Shown in pieces: positions 7,530 through 16,181 of a DNA stretch of 64,000 bases. The DNA is from Vicinamibacterales bacterium (lineage in GTDB: Bacteria > Acidobacteriota > Vicinamibacteria > Vicinamibacterales > UBA2999), in contig DASYQV010000170.1 of the NCBI GenBank assembly GCA_036005125.1, forward strand, positions 2,407 through 66,406. Reading direction: 5' to 3'. Under the pieces are notes generated by a model that ran no database searches, was not told the origin of the DNA, and saw nothing but the letters and a program-made list of their open reading frames with translations. A program made the position numbers and the translations under genes. The stretch's first letter is position 1. Each line of letters begins with the position of its first letter.

Positions 7530-9570
7530 TAGGACCGCTATGCGGTCTCTCATTGGGATTTTGTACGCTTTGCGCCGCACCCGCATAGCGGTCCTCGGCG
7601 CGCGAAGCGCGCCAAAAAGATACTGTCCAACCAGACAAGCGCTCTGCCGGGCCGGGGCCCCCAACGCGCGTTTCCCAAGTCGCGGTCGCTTGCGACCGCG
7701 ACCCAGCCAGCGCTGGTTGTGCGGTCCGCCATCGGCGGACCGCCGGGGTGGAGATGGCAAGGGCAGAGCGCTTGTCTGGTTCGGTCTGATCGTGCTCGTG
7801 GCGGCCACTCTGTCCGCCTGCGCGTCAGCAACGTCGATGCGCAACGGCCGCTTTGCCGAGCAGGGGCGGGACTACGATCGCGCGGTTATCGAGTACACCA
7901 AGGCCCTGCGGGAGCATCCCACAGACAGCAACGCCCGGCAGGCGCTCGAGCGGATGAAGTTGCGGGCGGCGCAGGAGCACTTCACCCGCGCGCGCCGCCT
8001 GGCCACCGCCGGCAATCTGGACGAGGCGCTGATCGAATACCAGCTCGCCGCGGAATTGAATCCAGACAACCCGGACATCGAGGACGCGGTTCGAACGATC
8101 CGTTCACAGCTTCGCAACAAGATTGCTATCGCGCGTGAGGGCAAGACGCAGCTCGAGTCGCTCATCGAGCGCTCGAAGCTGCTCGCGCCGCCCGGACTCG
8201 ACCTGCCTCCGGATGTCAAGCTGCCGGAGTCGCTGACGTTTCGCGACGCGGGCTCCCGGGACGTCTACACGGCAATGGCGCGGTTCGCGAACATCAACGT
8301 GGTGTTCGATCCGCAATTCCGCGATCAGCCGGTCACCGTGGACCTGCGCAACACGACGCTCGCCGATGCGCTGACGTCGGTCTCGACGGCCACGCGCAAC
8401 TTCTATCGCGTCACCGCCGCGCGCACGATCACGATCATCCCGGACACCCCGGCCAAGCGGCGTGAGTACGAGGAAGAGGTCGTCCGCACGTTCTATCTCA
8501 GCAACGCCGACCTGAAGGAAACCATCGACCTCCTGCGCATCGTCATCGATGCCCGCCGCATCGCGCCGATCGCGGCGACCAACGCGCTGACGATCAAGGA
8601 CACGCCCGAACGCGTGGACGCCGCGGCGCGCGTCATCGCGGCCATCGACAAGGCCCGGCCCGAGGTCGTGATCGAGGTCGAGCTGCTCGAGGTCGATCGC
8701 ACGCGGCTGCTCGAATACGGCCTGCAGCTCGCCTCACCGGGCTCCGCGGGCATCAATGGGGGGGCGGACGCGAACCGAAAAGACCTCACCCAGCACGACC
8801 TGACGAATCTGTCGCCGCGCGATATCTTCCTCACGAACCTGCCCGCTCTCTATTACCGGCTGCTGAAGCGCGACAGCAACACGCGCACGCTGGCGAACCC
8901 GCAGCTCCGCACATCCGAGGGAATGCCTGCCCGGGCGAGATTCGGCGAACGCGTTCCCGTACCCGTCACGACGTTCTCGCCGATTGCTGCCGGCGGCGTC
9001 CAGCAGCAGCCGATCACCTCGTTCAACTACGAGAACATCGGCGTGAACCTGGATATCACGCCGCGTACGCATCACGACGACCAGGTGTCGCTGTCGCTGA
9101 GGGTCGAGGTCAGCAGCATTTCCGGCGCGGGTTTCGGCGGGCTCCCGACGTTCGGCAATCGCGAGATCAACACCGTGATCCGGCTGCGCGACGGGGAAAC
9201 CAACATGCTCGCCGGCCTCATCAGAGACGATGAGCGGCGCGTGCTCGAGGGCATCCCGGGCCTGAGCGACCTTCCGCTGATCGGGCGGCTGTTCGCGTTC
9301 AACCACAAGGAGACGCAGGAAACCGATATCGTCCTCACGCTGACGCCGAGGATTATCCGCGTGCTGGAGCTGACCGAGGCCGACCTGCGGCCGTTCCGCG
9401 TGGGCCGCGAAAGCGGGGCGACGATCATCGATCTGCCCGCGCCGCCTCCTCCCCTGCCGCCGGGACCGACTCCGCCGCCCCCGAAGCCGCCCGACGATAC
9501 CGCGCCGGTGGCGCCGCTTCAGCCGGCGGTCCCCGTGAAACCCCCGCCGATTAAGCCCCCGGCTCGGTAG
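7513..9570 (+). CDS. Secretin (GspD/PilQ superfamily) with N-terminal lipobox and TPR region; start codon unresolved
   Basis: LIVLVAATLSAC lipobox at ~7790-7825, TPR-like YDRAVIEYTKAL..., secretin N-domains, and a C-terminal secretin motif GETNMLAGLIRDDERRVLEGIPGLSDLPLIGRLF...TDIVLTLTPRIIR. The 7513 coordinate is the maximal ORF, which reads through repeat copy 1. An in-frame TTG at 7717 (inside module D) is an alternative start. Confidence 0.8.
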   Translation: MAHRGDRTAMRSLIGILYALRRTRIAVLGARSAPKRYCPTRQALCRAGAPNARFPSRGRLRPRPSQRWLCGPPSADRRGGDGKGRALVWFGLIVLVAATLSACASATSMRNGRFAEQGRDYDRAVIEYTKALREHPTDSNARQALERMKLRAAQEHFTRARRLATAGNLDEALIEYQLAAELNPDNPDIEDAVRTIRSQLRNKIAIAREGKTQLESLIERSKLLAPPGLDLPPDVKLPESLTFRDAGSRDVYTAMARFANINVVFDPQFRDQPVTVDLRNTTLADALTSVSTATRNFYRVTAARTITIIPDTPAKRREYEEEVVRTFYLSNADLKETIDLLRIVIDARRIAPIAATNALTIKDTPERVDAAARVIAAIDKARPEVVIEVELLEVDRTRLLEYGLQLASPGSAGINGGADANRKDLTQHDLTNLSPRDIFLTNLPALYYRLLKRDSNTRTLANPQLRTSEGMPARARFGERVPVPVTTFSPIAAGGVQQQPITSFNYENIGVNLDITPRTHHDDQVSLSLRVEVSSISGAGFGGLPTFGNREINTVIRLRDGETNMLAGLIRDDERRVLEGIPGLSDLPLIGRLFAFNHKETQETDIVLTLTPRIIRVLELTEADLRPFRVGRESGATIIDLPAPPPPLPPGPTPPPPKPPDDTAPVAPLQPAVPVKPPPIKPPAR
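7531..7784. repeat. Modular MITE-like composite element, copy 1 (modules A-B-C with module D nested at 7654-7752)
   Basis: A: AGGACCGCTATGCGG...CCGCATAGCGGTCCT. B: GGCGCGCGAAGCGCGCC. C: CCAGACAAGCGCTCTGCC...GGCAGAGCGCTTGTCTGG. D (99 bp) lies in the C loop. Starts 2 nt after the lolA stop. Confidence 0.85.
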
Positions 9571-9593
9571 TCACTCGAACGCCCGAAGCCTGC

Positions 9594-10850
9594 TCACTCG
9601 ACCTTCGCGACCTTCGCTCCCAGCGCAAGCAGCCGGTCGACTATCTGGCTGTACCCGCGCTCCACGGTTTCGAGGGGCGCGACGCGCGTCTGTCCCTCGG
9701 CGGCGAGCCCCGCGGCAATCAGTGACATGCCCGACCGCAGGTCGCGGCTGTCGAGCACGCGCCCGCCTCGGAGCCTGGTCGGCCCCGTCACGATGATCCG
9801 GTGCGCGTCGGCGAGGAACAGATCGGCGCCCATGCCGCTCAGCTGCTCCAACGCAAAGAGCCGGAGCTCGTACATCCAGTCGTGCACGAGGGAGCGGCCT
9901 TCCGCCTGCGTCGCCAGCACCGTGACGAGACTCACGAGATCGCTCGGAAAGCCGGGCCACAGACCGGTCGTTATCCGTCGAACCGCCGTCGGCTTCGACG
10001 GTTTCACGACGAACGTGCCATCGTGCATGACGCACTCGATGCTCATCCGTTTGAGGACGGCCGCCACGACTTCCATGTCCTGGCTCCGCGCGCCGCCGAT
10101 GGCGATCTCCCCACCCGTGATGGCACCCACCACCGCCCAGCTTCCCGCCTCGATGTAGTCGCCGCCCAACCGGTGCTCCGCGCCGCGCAGCTTCGCGCCC
10201 GTGATGCGGATTGTGCCGCTGCCGGCGCCCGACACCTCGGCGCCCATCTTCTGCAGGAACTCACAGAGCTCGACGACGTGCGGCTCCTCGGCCGCGTGAC
10301 GGATTTCTGTCGTTCCGTCTGCTGTTGCCGCGGCCAGCAGCGCTGTCTCCGTGCCGGTGACCGACGCCTCGTACAGGTACATCGAGCATGCCTTGACCCC
10401 ATCCGGCATTTCCAGCACGTGGTCGGGACCCTTGACCTCGTGCGCGCCCATCGCGAACAGTGCTTCGAGGTGCGTGGCGATCGTCCGGCGGGCGGGAAAG
10501 TCGCCGCCCGGCGGCGCGATGTGGGCCTTCCCCGTCCTCGCCAGCAGCGGTCCGAGCAGCAGGACCGACCCGCGCAGCCGTCCGACGAGCGCCCGATCGG
10601 GAGTCGACTTGGTGACCTTCGGCGTCCTGACGCGCAACGTGGTACTGCCGATGCCTTCGACGTGAGCGCCCACGTCGAGAAGAAGCCGCGCCATGACCTC
10701 CACGTCCCCGATTCGCGGGACGTTCGTGAGCACGCACTCCTCCTCGGTGAGCAGACACGCGGCCAGTAACGGAAGCGCCGCGTTCTTGTTTCCTTCGACC
10801 GAGACGCGGCCTTCGAGTCGGTGCCCGCCTTCGATCAGCAATGTGGCCAT
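9594..10850 (-). CDS. murA: UDP-N-acetylglucosamine 1-carboxyvinyltransferase
   Basis: MATLLIEGGHRLEGRVSVEGNKNAALPLLAACLL...NVPRIGDV. Full-length 418 aa with the typical MurA pattern. Confidence 0.95.
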   Translation of the reverse strand: MATLLIEGGHRLEGRVSVEGNKNAALPLLAACLLTEEECVLTNVPRIGDVEVMARLLLDVGAHVEGIGSTTLRVRTPKVTKSTPDRALVGRLRGSVLLLGPLLARTGKAHIAPPGGDFPARRTIATHLEALFAMGAHEVKGPDHVLEMPDGVKACSMYLYEASVTGTETALLAAATADGTTEIRHAAEEPHVVELCEFLQKMGAEVSGAGSGTIRITGAKLRGAEHRLGGDYIEAGSWAVVGAITGGEIAIGGARSQDMEVVAAVLKRMSIECVMHDGTFVVKPSKPTAVRRITTGLWPGFPSDLVSLVTVLATQAEGRSLVHDWMYELRLFALEQLSGMGADLFLADAHRIIVTGPTRLRGGRVLDSRDLRSGMSLIAAGLAAEGQTRVAPLETVERGYSQIVDRLLALGAKVAKVE

Positions 10851-11930
10851 TCAGCTCTTCGCTTTCTGCAGAAAGTCGACGTCCTCGCTTCCCGTGAAAC
10901 CAATGAAGACCGGTTCCGGTCTCAGCCAGATGCCGAATCGATTGATGACCGAGCGCTTGATTTCCGCGGCGAGGCGGACGATCTCGCGTGCCGACGCGCC
11001 GCCGCGATTGATGATGGCCAGCGGATGCTTGGACGATACTCCCGCGCGGCCGTGAACGTACCCTTTGCCGAAACCGGCGCGCTCGATCAGCCACGCCGCC
11101 GGCACCTTCACGTTGCCATCGCTCATGGCGAATCCCGGCGCGCACAGCTCGAGCTGCGTCGAGGCCGGCATGATCGGATTCATGAAGAACGAGCCGACAC
11201 TGCGAGTGTCCGAATCGTTCTCGTCGAGCACCATTCCCTTCCCTCGTCGAATGGCGAGAATGGCGCCGCGGATATCGGCGACCGTCGGCTCGCGCAACCC
11301 TTGGCGATCGACGTACGCGATGACGTCGGGATACGTCAAGGTTGGCGACCCTTCGTGCATGCGAAACACGACGCGGCACACGGTGAACCGGCTCGCATCC
11401 TGCTTGAAGCGGCTGTGTCGATACGTGAACCCGCAGTCCCACCCGTCGATCTCCACGATCTCGTTGGTGTTGCGATCCACAACCGTCACCGACGCGATCG
11501 TGTTCGCCACTTCCTGCCCGTACGCCCCTACGTTCTGGATCGGCGTGCCGCCCGTACTGCCGGGGATACCGGACAGGCATTCCACGCCGGCCAACCGCCT
11601 GGCGACCGCCCGCGCCACGAGATTGTCCCAAGGCTCGCCTGCGCCGGCATCGAAGATCGTCTCTCCTTCGTCCTGGCGGGTTTCAATCCCGCAGATCGCG
11701 ACCTGGAGGACGAGACCGCTTACGCCCTCGTCGGCCACAACGAGATTGCTTCCGCCTCCCAGCACGAAGAGCGGATGGCCTCTGTCTGCCGCCCAGTGAT
11801 GAGCGGCGCGTACCTCGTCCACTGTCGTGGCTCGTACGAACCAACGGGCCGTGCCGCCAACGCCGAGCGTGGTCAGCCGGTCGAGCGCGACGTTCTCCTG
11901 CACATGCAGGGTCGCGTTACCGGACGGCAA
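10851..11930 (-). CDS. murB: UDP-N-acetylenolpyruvoylglucosamine reductase
   Basis: LTTLGVGGTARWFV...HPLFVLGGGSNLVVADEG...GAYGQEV...RHSRFK. Start is placed at the TTG at 11930, 8 nt after AGGAAGG. The longer track ORF overlaps the upstream gene extensively. Confidence 0.9.
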   Translation of the reverse strand: MPSGNATLHVQENVALDRLTTLGVGGTARWFVRATTVDEVRAAHHWAADRGHPLFVLGGGSNLVVADEGVSGLVLQVAICGIETRQDEGETIFDAGAGEPWDNLVARAVARRLAGVECLSGIPGSTGGTPIQNVGAYGQEVANTIASVTVVDRNTNEIVEIDGWDCGFTYRHSRFKQDASRFTVCRVVFRMHEGSPTLTYPDVIAYVDRQGLREPTVADIRGAILAIRRGKGMVLDENDSDTRSVGSFFMNPIMPASTQLELCAPGFAMSDGNVKVPAAWLIERAGFGKGYVHGRAGVSSKHPLAIINRGGASAREIVRLAAEIKRSVINRFGIWLRPEPVFIGFTGSEDVDFLQKAKS

Positions 11931-13563
11931 GGAGCTTACCTTCCTGCCCGATGAGGGCCGCGAGCGCTTCGCGCCGCGTGCACATCGTGAACTCCACAGA
12001 GTCACCGGGCGCCATCTGCGCCGCCAGCGGCAGATCGGCGGTGATGACGGTCGCAATCTGAGGGTATCCACCGGTCGTCTGCCGGTCTGCCATCAACAGG
12101 ATCGGATCGCCCGCGGGCGGAATCTGAATCCCACCCATGAACGTCGCGTCAGAAATCATTTCCAGGTCCGACGTACGCTCGATCGTGCCGCCGGCCAGGC
12201 GATAGGCCATCCGGTTCGACCTGGGCGTGACCGTGAACCGGCTGCGTTCGAGCACATGCCACGCCGCCGGCCCGAAGAAATCATCCTGCGGGCCTGCGAG
12301 GACGCGCAGCCGCGCACCGCCGGCCGACGGCGCCGCATCCTGCGGAGCTGCCACGGGTGGAGCCGCGGCCAGCGCGCCCAGGCCCAGGCGGTCGCCTGCG
12401 GCAAGCGGGCGGCCGTCGAAGCCACCCATCGCGCTCGGGACATGCGTCGCACGGCTCCCGAGCACGGGGCGAACGTCGATCCCTCCCGCCACGCCGACGT
12501 ACGCGCGCGCCCCCTGACGACGATCGCCAAAGCGCAGCACCGAGCCGGGCCGCGCACGGACGGGTACGTTCAGCTTCACCATCTCGCGGTCCAGCGTTGC
12601 CGAGAGATCCGCACCCGCAACCGCCAGCACGATTTCGCGCTCGATGCGCAACTCGGGTCCGAGCAGCGTCACCTCGATCGTGGCGGCCTCCGGATGGTTG
12701 CCCACCACGATGTTGGCGAGCCGATGCGACACCGGGTCCATCGGACCGGCAACCGGGACACCGCGATCCTGGTGCCCCCAGCGACCGAGATCCTGAATCG
12801 TGGTCAGCAGACCCGGGCGCACCACGGTGATCGCGGGCTCGGGTGGCCGCGCATCGCGTGCAGGCTGCGCCCGAAGCTCCGGGCCGGTGTCGGCCAGCGT
12901 CGGTACCGGAACGAAGCGGACCTCGTCGCCCGCCTCGAACAGCGACGGAGGCGTGCGCGCCTCGTCGAACAGTCTCACGCGCGTCCGGCCGATGATCTGC
13001 CACCCTCCTGGAATGTCCTGCGGATAAATTGCTGTCTGGCGCCCCGCGATGCCGACGGATCCCGAAAGCACCCTGGCGCGCGGCGTCGGATGACGAGGAG
13101 CCGCGATTGACTCGTCCACAGGTCCCATGTACGTGAAGCCGGGAACGAATCCCAGCATGAACACGCGGTACGTCGTCGACGCGTGCCGCCGGACGACCTC
13201 CTGCTCCGACATGGAGGCATATCTCGCGACGGCAGGCAGGTCTGGTCCGTTCTCCCCGCCATAGACAACCGGAACCTCTGTCAATCGCGACCGCTCGACC
13301 GAAGCTGGACGATCGGACGCATCCTCGAGCGAGGCCGTGACCGATTCGAGCATCGTATGAAGGGGATCGAAGAAGACCGCCACAGAACGGTACGTCGGAA
13401 CGACGTCGCGAACGCCTGGGAGGGCCGCCCGCCGAAGCGCGCTCGCGATCGCAATCGCCAGGGCATTGACCTCGGCATCGATTCTCGGTGCGAGCTCGAG
13501 CAGGAGCGCCGAATCGCCCGCTTCGCGGAGCCGGCGCGCCCATGTCACGCGATTCGCGTTCAC
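11917..13563 (-). CDS. Fused 5-oxoprolinase subunits PxpB-PxpC (KipI-KipA / allophanate hydrolase subunit 1+2 homologs)
   Basis: N-terminal half: GDSALLLEL...VVPTYRSVAVFFDP (PxpB/KipI type). C-terminal half: ITVVRPGLLTTIQDLGRWGHQDRGVPVAGPMD...ANIVVGN...TTGGYPQIATVI (PxpC/KipA type). The GTG start overlaps the mpl stop (GTGA). Confidence 0.85.
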   Translation of the reverse strand: MNANRVTWARRLREAGDSALLLELAPRIDAEVNALAIAIASALRRAALPGVRDVVPTYRSVAVFFDPLHTMLESVTASLEDASDRPASVERSRLTEVPVVYGGENGPDLPAVARYASMSEQEVVRRHASTTYRVFMLGFVPGFTYMGPVDESIAAPRHPTPRARVLSGSVGIAGRQTAIYPQDIPGGWQIIGRTRVRLFDEARTPPSLFEAGDEVRFVPVPTLADTGPELRAQPARDARPPEPAITVVRPGLLTTIQDLGRWGHQDRGVPVAGPMDPVSHRLANIVVGNHPEAATIEVTLLGPELRIEREIVLAVAGADLSATLDREMVKLNVPVRARPGSVLRFGDRRQGARAYVGVAGGIDVRPVLGSRATHVPSAMGGFDGRPLAAGDRLGLGALAAAPPVAAPQDAAPSAGGARLRVLAGPQDDFFGPAAWHVLERSRFTVTPRSNRMAYRLAGGTIERTSDLEMISDATFMGGIQIPPAGDPILLMADRQTTGGYPQIATVITADLPLAAQMAPGDSVEFTMCTRREALAALIGQEGKLLAVR

Positions 13564-14960
13564 GCCGCCAGCGCTCGCAGCAGCTTCTGATGGATGCCGC
13601 CGAAACCGCCGTTCGACATCAGCACGACGATGTCCCCTTCGCGATGCTCCCGGACGATCGTGCTGATGATGTCATCCACTTCGGGAATGTAACGGGCGTG
13701 CTGACCCCCCTTGCCGAGGTCGCTCACGAGCTGCTCGGCCGAGAGGCGCTGATCTTCGGGCAGCGTCGATCGGAACACGGCCGCGACGATGACCTCGTCT
13801 GCGGCGCCGAACGCGCGGGCAAAGTCGTTCTGAAAGACACGGCGGCACGACGAGGCCGAGCGCGGTTCGAATACCGCCCAGAGACGACGGCCGGCGTGGC
13901 CATGCCGCAATGCGTTCAGCGTTTCGTGCACGGCCGTCGGATGGTGCGCGAAGTCGTCGAGGATGGTCACGCCTCGTGCGGTGCCTACGACCTCGAGCCG
14001 GCGCTTGATGCCCTTGAACGCGCGCAGCCCGTCGGCAAGTGTCGCAGCGTCGAGGCCGACGTACGATCCCACCGCGATGGCGGCAAGCGCGTTCCTGACG
14101 TTATGCTCGCCAAGGAGCGGCGACCTGAAGCGTCCGAACGGCTCGCTTCGCCGCCGCACGCTGAACGAGGTCACGCCGTCGGCTGTCTCGACATCGCGTC
14201 CCTCCCAGTCCGCGCCGTCGGAGGTCCCGAACGTCTCGACCGGGCTCACCGCATGTTTCGCGAGCGCCGCGGCTTCGGGGCTGTCGGCGCCGAGCAGCAG
14301 CAGACCGTTCCGCGGCACGAGGTTCACGAGCCGGCGGAATGCGAGCCGGACCGCATCGAGATCCGCGTAGATGTCCGCGTGATCGAATTCGATGTTGTTG
14401 ATGACCGCCACATCAGGCAGGTACTTGAGGAACTTCGCCGTCTTGTCGAAGAACGCGCTGTCGTACTCGTCGCCCTCGATCACGAAGTCGCGCCCGGCGC
14501 CGACCCGATAGCTCGAGCCGTGCTCCCCGAGATTGAGTGCGATGCCGCCGACGAGCACGGTCGGATCGAGCCTGCCGTGTGTGAGCAGCCACCCGGTGAG
14601 CGACGTCGTCGTGGTCTTGCCGTGGGTGCCGGCCAGCACGATCGAGCGAGAGCCCCAGAGGAACTGATCGCGAATCGCTTCGGGGAGCGAACAGTAGCGG
14701 ATCTTCCGCTCGAGCACCGACTCCAGCTCGGGGTTGCCGCGGGAGATGGCGTTGCCGACGATCACGAGATCGAGGTCGCTGGTGACGTGATCGGCCTGGT
14801 AGCCGATCATGGTCCGGATTCCTTCCGCCTTGAGGAAGTCGCTCATCGGCGGATAGATGTTCTGGTCCGAACCGCGGACGTCATGCCCCTTGCGCTTGAG
14901 CAGCGCCGCCAGGGTGGCCATTGCCGTGCCGCACACGCCGATCAGATGAATGCGTTGCAT
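13560..14960 (-). CDS. mpl: UDP-N-acetylmuramate:L-alanyl-gamma-D-glutamyl-meso-DAP ligase (murein peptide ligase)
   Basis: MQRIHLIGVCGTAMATLAALLKRKGHDVRGSDQNIYPPMSDFL closely parallels the E. coli Mpl N-terminus. GTHGKTTTTS P-loop. Confidence 0.9.
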   Translation of the reverse strand: MQRIHLIGVCGTAMATLAALLKRKGHDVRGSDQNIYPPMSDFLKAEGIRTMIGYQADHVTSDLDLVIVGNAISRGNPELESVLERKIRYCSLPEAIRDQFLWGSRSIVLAGTHGKTTTTSLTGWLLTHGRLDPTVLVGGIALNLGEHGSSYRVGAGRDFVIEGDEYDSAFFDKTAKFLKYLPDVAVINNIEFDHADIYADLDAVRLAFRRLVNLVPRNGLLLLGADSPEAAALAKHAVSPVETFGTSDGADWEGRDVETADGVTSFSVRRRSEPFGRFRSPLLGEHNVRNALAAIAVGSYVGLDAATLADGLRAFKGIKRRLEVVGTARGVTILDDFAHHPTAVHETLNALRHGHAGRRLWAVFEPRSASSCRRVFQNDFARAFGAADEVIVAAVFRSTLPEDQRLSAEQLVSDLGKGGQHARYIPEVDDIISTIVREHREGDIVVLMSNGGFGGIHQKLLRALAA

Positions 14961-14978
14961 GCGACAATCGCGAATCGA

Positions 14979-15235
14979 AGGTCAAAGGGCAAAGGGCAAA
15001 GGGCAAAGGGCAAATCGAAGGTCAAAGGTCAAAGGTCAAAGGTCAGGTCAAAGGTATAGGTGCAGGTCATAGGTCCAGGTCATAGGTACAGGTACAGGTT
15101 CAGGTTCAGGTTCAGGACCTGCACCTATGACCTGCACCTATGACCTATACCTATACCCAAACCTCTACCTTCGACCTGTACCTTTGCCCTGATACCTTTG
15201 CCCTGACTTTTGACCTTTGACCTTTGACCTTTGAC
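14979..15235. repeat. Tandem-heptamer palindrome, GGTCAAA type, locus R2
   Basis: Left arm 14979-15117 grades from GGTCAAA/GGGCAAA units into GGTCATA/GGTGCA/GGTACA/GGTTCA units. Right arm 15118-15235 mirrors the same gradient as reverse complements (ACCTGC, TATGACC, TTTGCCC, TTTGACC). Confidence 0.95.
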
Positions 15236-15253
15236 TGAGCTCCGTTAAGCAAA

Positions 15254-16177
15254 CTACGTGACCGCCGCCTCTTCAATCACCAACCGCGGACGCAGGTTGC
15301 CGACTACTCGCGCGGTCACGCCAAGCGGCACCGTCCAGCAGGGCCCAGTGGTATGCCCCGAAGGGAATCCGAACAGGACGGGTCCCGGAAAACCATTCAA
15401 CGGACCGGAAATGGCGTCGCGCGCCGTGGGACATCCACCCGGCTCGTCGCAGCCGGGCATCTCGCCGAAGACGATCCCGCGGGCGCGTGACAACACGCCG
15501 GACAGTCGCAATTGCGTCAGCATCCGATCGAGGCGATATGGACGCTCGTTCACGTCCTCGAGAAACAGGATGCATCCATCCGGTGGATCGAATGCAAACG
15601 GGGTGCTGAAGGACGCGAGCAACTGCGTCAGGGTGCCGCCCACGAGCGGACCCGAGGCCTCGCCGGGCCGGATGCTCTCCAGCCCGTCGGGAGCCATCTC
15701 ACCCGGTGGCTCGACCGACGTCAGGCACCGGAGCCATGACGTTCGATCGAACCCGTCCTTGCCGCGCGCCAGCCGTCCTTCGAGCATCGGACCGTGGAAA
15801 GAAGCGATGCCGCAGCCGATCGTGAGCCACGTCAAGATGGATGTGTTGTCGCTGTAGCCGATGAAGGCCTTGGGCGTTCGTCGCAGATCGTCCGGTTCGA
15901 GCAGCGGCAGCAACTGAACGCTCCCGTAGCCGCCGCGCGCGGCGACGAGCGCAGCCACCGACGGATCGCGCCACGCCTCCAGGAAGGCGGACGCGCGCAT
16001 CTCCGGCGGACCGGAGACATATCCGGTGCGGGCAAACACGGATTCGTCCCACACCGGCTCGAAGCCCTGCGCGCGCAACTCGTCGACGCCGCGATCGAAT
16101 TCGTCCCTGGCAAACGGGCTCGCCGGCGACACGACCGCTATGCGGTCGCCGGGCCTGAGCGCGCGCGGTTTCAGCAT
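15254..16177 (-). CDS. ldcA: Muramoyltetrapeptide LD-carboxypeptidase (peptidase S66)
   Basis: LRPGDRIAVVSPASP...GYVSG....RA..F......V.A....RGGYGS, plus a GYSD serine motif and a C-terminal FGFPSGH motif. Confidence 0.9.
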   Translation of the reverse strand: MLKPRALRPGDRIAVVSPASPFARDEFDRGVDELRAQGFEPVWDESVFARTGYVSGPPEMRASAFLEAWRDPSVAALVAARGGYGSVQLLPLLEPDDLRRTPKAFIGYSDNTSILTWLTIGCGIASFHGPMLEGRLARGKDGFDRTSWLRCLTSVEPPGEMAPDGLESIRPGEASGPLVGGTLTQLLASFSTPFAFDPPDGCILFLEDVNERPYRLDRMLTQLRLSGVLSRARGIVFGEMPGCDEPGGCPTARDAISGPLNGFPGPVLFGFPSGHTTGPCWTVPLGVTARVVGNLRPRLVIEEAAVT

Positions 16178-16181
16178 GCGA

